Below, one piece after another: positions 1 to 7,050 of a DNA stretch of 64,000 bases. Origin of the DNA: a virus; IMG/VR virus record IMGVR_UViG_3300000553_000012, positions 32,390-96,389 of that record. One strand, 5' to 3'. Position 1 is the stretch's first letter. Each line of letters opens with the position of its first letter. Made by a program: the position numbers and the translations under genes. A model generated the notes under the pieces. That model saw only the letters and a program-made list of their open reading frames with translations, was not told where the DNA came from and did no database searches.

Positions 1-103
1 TTCTGACTCTAAAGCAACATGAAAATTATTTTTATATCGCCTGACGCCAAATCCATCATATTCCCAGTCACGTTTATCTGGATCGGGATGAAGTTCTGTA
101 TTG

Positions 104-544
104 CTATGCATCTGTTAATTCCTTAAGAATAAAATTGCCATTTTCTATAGTTATACCAATACGAGGATGATTTGCAGAACAACGAACATAATCTCGGCCA
201 CCATCAATCATATGACCATCCTTTTCAACATAATCATGCCGATAACGAGATACAAGCACTTCACCGTCTTCACAAAGAATCCCGGCAATAGGCTCTTCAA
301 AACAAGATTCCGCGTTTGTGATCATGACAGAATTATTTTGAATAAACATTCCAAAATAATTTGAATGACCTTTAGAACGATCCGGATTTTCTACATAAAA
401 AACATCCACAGGAGTTTCATTCCATCCTCCTGAAGGACGCTTAGTACACCAATATCCAACATATTTTGCATCATATTTGTCTTCAATAATTTTAATACCC
501 TTTTCATCAAAGAAATATCCATGCGGATCAATTTTTACAAACAT
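104..544 (-). CDS. hypothetical phage protein
   Basis: 146-aa ORF, co-oriented with neighbours, C-terminal IDGGRDY motif. Confidence 0.7.
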   Translation of the reverse strand: MFVKIDPHGYFFDEKGIKIIEDKYDAKYVGYWCTKRPSGGWNETPVDVFYVENPDRSKGHSNYFGMFIQNNSVMITNAESCFEEPIAGILCEDGEVLVSRYRHDYVEKDGHMIDGGRDYVRCSANHPRIGITIENGNFILKELTDA

Positions 545-618
545 TGATTTTATTCTACTCCAATTCCATAATTAAATGCAACCTGTTTGGATATAGGCCG
601 GTTGCCCACCTATTTTAA

Positions 619-843
619 TTACCCGTTAGAAATAAAATTATTAAGACCAAGCGCCTTATTAATAATATCATGTTCTGTTGGATATCGAGGAAGTTTAGGC
701 GCTTCTATAGATGTATGATCTTGAACCACCGATATCTTATAACTCCATTCTTGTTCAATTAAACTTCTCTTTGAATGGTATTCTTCCATAAGAAGATCCT
801 TGGCCATCTTAAGAAGTTCTAGTCTAATTAGATATGCATTCAT
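619..843 (-). CDS. hypothetical phage protein
   Basis: 74-aa ORF (MNAYLIRLELLKMAKD...), typical small T4-like protein. Confidence 0.7.
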   Translation of the reverse strand: MNAYLIRLELLKMAKDLLMEEYHSKRSLIEQEWSYKISVVQDHTSIEAPKLPRYPTEHDIINKALGLNNFISNG

Positions 844-874
844 TTTTTTATTCCTGTGTTTGTGTGTGTTAAAT

Positions 875-1165
875 TGGGTCCGTTCTGGTGCTAGGTGGAA
901 CCCATACCCCGGAAAACTTACGCGGCTAAGCGGGTCTCCATAATACCATTATCGTTGGCATTTACACGTTTCTTGCGGTTAAGGTCGCTCGCTCACCTAT
1001 TCTCCACGCTTCTACTCATCGGCAATCGATACTAGTCGCCCCCGTCATGACTACACATAGCTGATAACTTTTGTACCCTCAGCCGCTGGCGCTTTATATG
1101 TAGTCATGGTGGAGGCGGGGAGATTTGCACTCCCGTGTTACCAAACTTTTGTTACGCTTCAACGA
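875..1165 (-). ncRNA. ssrA: two-piece (circularly permuted) tmRNA
   Basis: Minus strand reads: T-arm + CGCCUCC-ACCA (CCA at 1107-1109), intervening hairpin 1044-1106, then 5' GGGGGCG (1043-1037) forming a 7-bp acceptor stem with G3.U70; tag frame 959-918 = ANDNGIMETRLAA*; outer boundaries approximate. Confidence 0.93.
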
Positions 1166-1172
1166 ATATTTT

Positions 1173-1180
1173 TATTTATA
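1173..1180 (-). promoter_or_regulatory. T4-type late promoter (TATAAATA) upstream of tmRNA
   Basis: exact TATAAATA on minus strand; gp55 encoded in window. Confidence 0.6.
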
Positions 1181-1711
1181 TTATTTTCTTTCGAAATGAT
1201 AGATATTATAGTGATTAACTCTGTTTGAAAATTTATTTTTTTTCGAAATCGTTTCTGTTTTATGATTCCATCCTTTATCTCTCATAGATTTTTGAAAGTG
1301 CTTGTTGTCCATAAGCCTATCATACATAGTTCCCAATCTTGGATCTGCTCCGGTAAAATGTATTTTATTAATACCATGTTTATCAACAAGATGATGTATA
1401 ACATGCATCGATTTACCAAATGCACCTATAGGCCCACCATGAGGCTGTCTTTTATCACTATATGACGATATATCGGTTGATGGGTCTTGGCTTGTTCCCA
1501 TACCAACCTCTCCATCATTTGAGAGATAAACACAATGGTGTAAACCTTTATGCTTAAAGAAGGTATGATGAACACCCAATTCGGTCTTTGTTTCACCATT
1601 ATCCATTTCAGCATTTGTGCCAAACTTTGTAGGAGTGTCAACGATTGATTCAGATAAACACCACTGATCAAAAGATAACAATATATTTTTATCTAAAAAA
1701 ATGCTACTCAT
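1181..1711 (-). CDS. His-rich hypothetical protein, putative head-internal protein
   Basis: 176 aa, ~15 His, LLSFDQWCLSE near N-terminus, CATAAATA upstream. Confidence 0.65.
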   Translation of the reverse strand: MSSIFLDKNILLSFDQWCLSESIVDTPTKFGTNAEMDNGETKTELGVHHTFFKHKGLHHCVYLSNDGEVGMGTSQDPSTDISSYSDKRQPHGGPIGAFGKSMHVIHHLVDKHGINKIHFTGADPRLGTMYDRLMDNKHFQKSMRDKGWNHKTETISKKNKFSNRVNHYNIYHFERK

Positions 1712-1727
1712 ATTTCATTTTCATATA

Positions 1728-1751
1728 AATTGCTGGGTCGACCCAGCAATT
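1728..1751. repeat. perfect 24-bp palindrome (hairpin/terminator-like)
   Basis: AATTGCTGGGTC|GACCCAGCAATT. Confidence 0.85.
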
Positions 1752-1757
1752 CTATTT

Positions 1758-2005
1758 ATGGCCCGCCCTATGCATCCGGATACCAGACACATTAATTTCT
1801 CGTCTGACCGACGGGCAATCAGACAATATTCTATCTACTAACAATATATTCCACGATAGAATATGGAATATAAAGATTGTCGTTAAGCAGTTTGGGAATA
1901 ACCCCTCATAGTGTGCATTCGACAATATCATTGGCTGCTGCTAACGCCATTTAACTCACTATCATCATCGCCGAGTTCAAAGCTACGGGCTGACTGTGTT
2001 GCACC
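1758..2005 (-). ncRNA. candidate structured ncRNA (unassigned)
   Basis: ORF-free, GC-elevated, several stems and pseudoknot-type complementarities. Confidence 0.5.
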
Positions 2006-2026
2006 ATTAATATTAATATAAGCTTA

Positions 2027-2215
2027 TTATGATTTATTGTCAATATTTAAAATGCCATTTTTCCAATTTTCAGCAGCGGATTCTACATATTCAAGACTTT
2101 TCCTAGGAAAATATACGGTATCAGTTACATTTTCGTTTTCAATTAAATCCATAGCCCATATAGAAAAATGGTCATCTTTATAATGAATTTGAAATATCCT
2201 AGTCGTTCTAGACAT
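2027..2215 (-). CDS. hypothetical phage protein
   Basis: 62-aa ORF with GGAG SD; KSLEYVESAAENW motif. Confidence 0.65.
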   Translation of the reverse strand: MSRTTRIFQIHYKDDHFSIWAMDLIENENVTDTVYFPRKSLEYVESAAENWKNGILNIDNKS

Positions 2216-2300
2216 ATAATTTCTCCAATATATTGTCGGTCGCGATTAACATCCACCGACTCTAGCCACGGTTAGACCTGCGCCAGCTTTGTCGTATATA

Positions 2301-3275
2301 TTATGCCGCTTCAGCCATCTCTACAGCGAGATTGAGAGCTTGAACCTTCTTTGCTTGATTAGAACCAAACCAGGCACTAGTCATACGGGTATCAGCAGAC
2401 CTACCAAGCAGGTGATCGGTAAGATACGTGACACCGTTATAGGCCTGCCACCAGCTACCCTCAGCATACTTAGCCCCCGGCTGAGTTTGAAGAACATCTA
2501 TTGCTAGTTGTGCAGCCCGGCTGTTTGGCATATTTACGCGCTTAGACTCTTCCTTTTTATCGGAGGTCTTGGGAAAGACTCGGTTAAAATATTCGACAAT
2601 GGTTTCATTGGTATATCGCTTAGAACCAAGATAAGCCGCCATCTCCTTGTACTTGACCAACTTTTCACTGGCGACACCCAAAGTTTCCTTTACCGCATCA
2701 CCATCAAAGGCTCGGCGGTGATTAATCTTAACCATGCGCTGAGCAGTTGCACCAAGAGAAAGAGTTAGCGTATTGTTGCAAACCACTCGGATTGGAGTGA
2801 ATCGCACATCAATCGACTTACCAAATTGGTGAGGATTTGAAAAAAGAAGATAACCATCGACCTTATCACCACCAAAGAGTTCAAAAGAATCCTTGATCTT
2901 AGCCAGACCCCAAACATGGGTGCCACCCTTAAGTGATCCCGCCGTATGCATTTCCATATCACCTGCGGCCACAAAGTCATTGAAAAATTCAAAGGCTTCA
3001 CGATTTTGACATGGATTCCAACTATCCGTTACAATAGTTAGAACCGATCCGTCGGTTTCACGCACAAGCGCTTCGACTCCAGTGGCCACTTGGCGGCCCT
3101 TAAATTCGCCGTAAAGTGGAATCTTTTTAACTTCCCAATCGAGTCCAGCAGCTTCAAGCATTTGCTGAGGAGTCAAATCGGGAAGAACCTTTGTTCCTAA
3201 ACCATGCCAAGGTACTTCACCCACGTAAGCATGTGAATAATCACCATTGGATAGTTGTTCAAGCATATGCGCCAT
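2301..3275 (-). CDS. DUF932-family phage/plasmid protein
   Basis: VPWHGLG, AGLDWEV, TAGSLKGG, TPIRVVCNNTL motifs. Confidence 0.85.
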   Translation of the reverse strand: MAHMLEQLSNGDYSHAYVGEVPWHGLGTKVLPDLTPQQMLEAAGLDWEVKKIPLYGEFKGRQVATGVEALVRETDGSVLTIVTDSWNPCQNREAFEFFNDFVAAGDMEMHTAGSLKGGTHVWGLAKIKDSFELFGGDKVDGYLLFSNPHQFGKSIDVRFTPIRVVCNNTLTLSLGATAQRMVKINHRRAFDGDAVKETLGVASEKLVKYKEMAAYLGSKRYTNETIVEYFNRVFPKTSDKKEESKRVNMPNSRAAQLAIDVLQTQPGAKYAEGSWWQAYNGVTYLTDHLLGRSADTRMTSAWFGSNQAKKVQALNLAVEMAEAA

Positions 3276-3314
3276 AATTTAGTCCTTTCAGTTGGTTGGT
3301 TTGTTTGATTAATA

Positions 3315-3347
3315 AGATTATAATATCATATTTTTATTTTATGTAAA
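3315..3347 (-). promoter_or_regulatory. sigma70-like early promoter with conserved extended -10 box
   Basis: TTTACA...ATATGATATTATAATCTT; same 18-mer recurs at ~42116-42133. Confidence 0.6.
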
Positions 3348-3401
3348 TATGTATTTTGAAAAAAATGCAATTGACATAAAATTATTTTGTGATAAGATAC
3401 A

Positions 3402-3409
3402 TATAAATA
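3402..3409 (+). promoter_or_regulatory. T4-type late promoter
   Basis: TATAAATA upstream of outer-membrane protein gene. Confidence 0.6.
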
Positions 3410-3487
3410 AGAGATAGGGTTGCTACTTAATAAGCACGTGGTGAGTTACGGTTAGCTCATCTTCTTTCAACAACATGGAGTTATAAT

Positions 3488-4048
3488 ATGAAGTCACTAT
3501 TTTTTAGTGTAGCCGCGGCGGCTATTTTAGTTGCAGCAACAGCATCGGTGGCCGGTACTCTTACTGGCGAAGTTCGCATTGGCGATATTGATGGTAATCC
3601 CGGATCGACAGAATATCGCGTCGATTATGGAGATACGTATCATAATGTAGTAATGTATGGCGGAGAAATCGCCGTAAAGCAAAACCAAAATGAAGGCGGT
3701 CTTAGTTCTAAGATTGTTGGTCGTGTCGGGCCAGTTCTTCCAGTAGTACTTGGCTTTGAACCAAAGGTCTATGGTGAATTTGGTGAATCTGTTTCTCAAG
3801 GTAATAATACCGAGTTTTGGGGTACATATGCTGGAGTAAGTCATCCGGTCTATGGTCCAGTTTCGGTAAACGTTGGATACCGACATCGTGAAGGCCTGCG
3901 ACAAGATGTTTCTTTTAACGAAAATCGTCTAAGTACAGGTCTTACATATAATCTAGGTAAGAGCAACACTCTTGGTGTAGAGTATTATCGAACGAGTGGT
4001 ACTACAACATCGGATGTCATTGGTATTTCCGCATCGCATAGTTTCTAA
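3488..4048 (+). CDS. outer-membrane beta-barrel (porin-like) protein
   Basis: Sec signal peptide, alternating amphipathic strands, C-terminal Phe (GISASHSF). Confidence 0.75.
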   Translation: MKSLFFSVAAAAILVAATASVAGTLTGEVRIGDIDGNPGSTEYRVDYGDTYHNVVMYGGEIAVKQNQNEGGLSSKIVGRVGPVLPVVLGFEPKVYGEFGESVSQGNNTEFWGTYAGVSHPVYGPVSVNVGYRHREGLRQDVSFNENRLSTGLTYNLGKSNTLGVEYYRTSGTTTSDVIGISASHSF

Positions 4049-4067
4049 TACTTTTAATAGTTAAAGA

Positions 4068-4100
4068 TAAAGCCTCCGGAGAAATCTGGAGGCTTTTTTT
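4068..4100. terminator. bidirectional intrinsic terminator
   Basis: AAAGCCTCCGGA-GAAA-TCTGGAGGCTTTTTT between convergent genes. Confidence 0.85.
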
Positions 4101-4102
4101 AT

Positions 4103-4648
4103 TTAAAAATTCAACGATATACCGGGGCCAATAAGATCATTTGAATGATGTGAAAACTCATGAGAATATGAAAAATATAATGATATTTTATTGTTGATTT
4201 TATATGTAAAATCGGTTGAGCATTGAATTGCTTGCATATCATATTTTTTATTAAATGCATTTTGATATGTAATGTTTATATCAGCTTGTAATTTAGTTGT
4301 TATATTTTTTTGATATCCGACAACTGTATTATAAAACAATGTATTGTTTTGATTTAATTTAAAATTAGTAAAAGCATCGCCAATAACACCAGATACATAA
4401 AATTCTTTAGAAAGATTATATGTTCCCGAAACAGAAATTTGTTGATTTAAATTCAAACCAACTTCAGTACTAATATCTATACTAAATACTAATGGTATTT
4501 TTTTAAAATAAAGATTATCGATAAACGTATCGATATAAAGATTTTTTTCTCCACCGTAATTATTTTTATATTCTAATGATTGTGTCAATGTCCCGGCATT
4601 GACAAATGAACCATATAATACGGCTAAAATAAAAAAAAACTTATACAC
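4103..4648 (-). CDS. second outer-membrane beta-barrel-like protein
   Basis: signal peptide, mature start AGTLT as in neighbour, C-terminal GISLNF. Confidence 0.65.
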   Translation of the reverse strand: MYKFFFILAVLYGSFVNAGTLTQSLEYKNNYGGEKNLYIDTFIDNLYFKKIPLVFSIDISTEVGLNLNQQISVSGTYNLSKEFYVSGVIGDAFTNFKLNQNNTLFYNTVVGYQKNITTKLQADINITYQNAFNKKYDMQAIQCSTDFTYKINNKISLYFSYSHEFSHHSNDLIGPGISLNF

Positions 4649-4650
4649 GA

Positions 4651-5091
4651 CTACTCCTGTATTGAAAATAATGATACAGTTTTATTTTTCTTTCTATACC
4701 AACGTGAAAGAATATTATCGTTATAATATTCTTCACTATTCAATACATCGCGTATAACTTGTTCTTTCATTTCATAATAATTTACATCGCCTCTGGAAAC
4801 ATGAAGAGAAAGGATCGTTCGGCTAAACGATCCTTTTCCATATAATTCTACGTCTTCTTTGAGAGACTTTGAACTTCCATAATATTTTTTCCAGTCGGAA
4901 AATTTACGAATAACTTTTCTTCTAGTTTTACCTTTTTGAACTACTCTGTTAGTAGAATAGAAGAATTTTTTTCCGATATATTTTTTATTTGTAATTTTAT
5001 TTTGTATAATATATACAAAACCAAAAGAATTGCCGATATGCTCTTCTCTAAAAGGTGTTCCGTTCCAAAGCCAGGGATTTTCATAATCCAC
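4651..5091 (-). CDS. GIY-YIG nuclease (Seg-like)
   Basis: GFVYIIQN...KKYIGKK, YYGSS, YYNDNI motifs. Confidence 0.8.
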   Translation of the reverse strand: MDYENPWLWNGTPFREEHIGNSFGFVYIIQNKITNKKYIGKKFFYSTNRVVQKGKTRRKVIRKFSDWKKYYGSSKSLKEDVELYGKGSFSRTILSLHVSRGDVNYYEMKEQVIRDVLNSEEYYNDNILSRWYRKKNKTVSLFSIQE

Positions 5092-5246
5092 TAATCTTCT
5101 TCATCTTCTTCATCTTCCTCATAATCTTCTTCTTTTAAATCGAGTTCTGATCCACAAAATGGACAATATTCTGGAGTAGTTTCTCCTACTAAAGCTAGAA
5201 TTTTAAATTCTTCATCGCATACAGTACATGTAATCCAATCACTCAT
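5091..5246 (-). CDS. small Zn-ribbon protein with acidic tail (51 aa, not in ORF track)
   Basis: MSDWITCTVCDEEF...YCPFCGSELD...EEDEED; AAGGAG SD. Confidence 0.75.
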   Translation of the reverse strand: MSDWITCTVCDEEFKILALVGETTPEYCPFCGSELDLKEEDYEEDEEDEED

Positions 5247-5356
5247 TTTAGCTCCTTTTGTTTATAAATTTAGAATAATCTTTTTCATCTTTATATGGCG
5301 TCAAGTCTAAATTTGGTGGAGAATACTTCAAATTTTCATGACCCAAATTTTTTATA

Positions 5357-5440
5357 TTATATTAAATCAGAAACAAAAGAAGCATTTTCTATTTCAATAA
5401 GTCTAAAATAATCTGCTTCAGTTGCTTTACGAATATTTAT
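5357..5440 (-). pseudogene. possible truncated GNAT N-terminal relic
   Basis: INIRKATEADYFRLIEIENASF resembles N-terminus of GNAT at 6550-7050; ATA start, stop after 27 codons. Confidence 0.4.
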
Positions 5441-5441
5441 A

Positions 5442-6548
5442 TTAGAGTTTAAATCCAGAAAAAGTGTTTTCTGTAACATCTTGTTTAATTCCTCCAGAAA
5501 CATATGAAACAATATCTACTTCTTGCGGAGCCATTTGAACATCTGCTCCAGCAATCCATTTGGCAGTCCATGGAAGAGGATTTGATCCTGGGCGCCCATT
5601 TAATCCTATAGAGCCCATACGTTTTGCTGCAATATAATCTACATATTCACAAAGTAGTTGTTCATTTAATCCGATTATTGAACCGCCTTTAAAAAGATAT
5701 TTTGCCCATATTTTTTCTTGATTAATGACAGAATAAAACATATTAATACATTCATCTTTAGTTTCTTCTTTAATTTTTGCAAAGTCAGAATCTTCCTTTG
5801 GCAAAATCTTTATTAAATTTTGTGTTGCGGCTAAATGAATGTTTTCATCACGAGCAATCAATTTAATAATCTTAGCATTACCTTCCATCTTTTTGACTTC
5901 AGCAAATGACCATGAACAAGCAAATGATGTATAAAATCTAACGCCTTCTAGTGCATTGACTGCATTGAGACACAACCATAATGCTCTTTTATGATTATAG
6001 TTTCCTCCATATTCTAATCCTGCCGCATTATAAGAACTAGACAAATGTAAAAAATTATTTTGATGAATTAACTCATCATAATATTTGCTAATATCTTTAG
6101 CACAATCTACAATTTCAGAAATATTAAGCATTTCATCAAAAACTTTAGATGGATCTGAATAAACATTTCGAATAATGTGTGTATAAGAACGTGAATGAAT
6201 TGTTTCAAAATATGCCCAAGTTTGAATAAACGTTTCAAGTTCAGGAAGTGAACATATTGGTAAAAAAGCAAGACTTGGCGCCCTGCCTTGAACAGAATCA
6301 AGTAAAATTTGTCTTTTTAAATTTGAAGTAAAAATGTGTTTTTCATGATCAGAAAGACCTTTAAAATCTTTACCATCACGAGAACAATCTATTTCAGTAG
6401 GTTGCCAAAAAAATCCATTTTGCTTTTCAGTCAATTTTTCAAAAATAGGATATCGCTGCTTATCATAACGAGCAATATTGACTGATTTACCAAAAAAACA
6501 ATTTTGTTCAGTAGCATCAAATATATTATTATTAAAAATTGTAGTCAT
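5442..6548 (-). CDS. nrdB: class Ia ribonucleotide reductase beta subunit
   Basis: FFWQPTE, DSVQGR, ETIHSRSY, EGVRFY, RDENIH diiron motifs. Confidence 0.97.
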   Translation of the reverse strand: MTTIFNNNIFDATEQNCFFGKSVNIARYDKQRYPIFEKLTEKQNGFFWQPTEIDCSRDGKDFKGLSDHEKHIFTSNLKRQILLDSVQGRAPSLAFLPICSLPELETFIQTWAYFETIHSRSYTHIIRNVYSDPSKVFDEMLNISEIVDCAKDISKYYDELIHQNNFLHLSSSYNAAGLEYGGNYNHKRALWLCLNAVNALEGVRFYTSFACSWSFAEVKKMEGNAKIIKLIARDENIHLAATQNLIKILPKEDSDFAKIKEETKDECINMFYSVINQEKIWAKYLFKGGSIIGLNEQLLCEYVDYIAAKRMGSIGLNGRPGSNPLPWTAKWIAGADVQMAPQEVDIVSYVSGGIKQDVTENTFSGFKL

Positions 6549-6549
6549 A

Positions 6550-7050
6550 TTATAATCTGATCTCCATTAGATAAGCATCTATAGAATTATTGTTATTGTC
6601 AATTCCATAATGTTTATTGATATAATTAATTTTTTCAAATCCTAATTTCTTATACATATCAATAGCCATTTTATTTCGTGTATATACATGAAGATTACAC
6701 GAAATTATGTTTTTTTGTTTAAGTATATCAATTATAAAATTCATTAAAGCTTTGGCATATCCTTTTTTACGAAAAGGTTGTCCTATAGCCAAACTATCTA
6801 TATAGGCAGTATTTTTTTTAGAATTAATTTTTATCAAAATATAACCGGTTATTTCAAAACCGACTGTATAAACATATATGTTTTTTTGTTTTAAGGCTAT
6901 AAAAAGTGGTTTATTTCTATTTTCATTGCCAACATTAAAACTTTCTTTTTCGATTTTTATAATATCATATAAATCCAATGTGTCGCCAAGACGAATTAGA
7001 TGTTCCATTGCTATGTCCTTTATTATAGATATAACAACTGAGGACAGCAT
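6550..7050 (-). CDS. GNAT (RimI-like) acetyltransferase; true start probably MEHLIR (7008)
   Basis: FRKKGYAKAL acetyl-CoA motif, N..AIDMYKKLGF. Confidence 0.8.
   Translation of the reverse strand: MLSSVVISIIKDIAMEHLIRLGDTLDLYDIIKIEKESFNVGNENRNKPLFIALKQKNIYVYTVGFEITGYILIKINSKKNTAYIDSLAIGQPFRKKGYAKALMNFIIDILKQKNIISCNLHVYTRNKMAIDMYKKLGFEKINYINKHYGIDNNNNSIDAYLMEIRL

Noticed and set aside
1758-2005. RNase P, SRP or 6S identity for the structured region
   Set aside because: Hallmark motifs (e.g. GAGGAAAGUCC, SRP helix-8 loop) not found; left unassigned
2234-2290. Two small hairpins downstream of the DUF932 gene
   Set aside because: Short stems consistent with an ordinary terminator or processing site; too little evidence for an ncRNA
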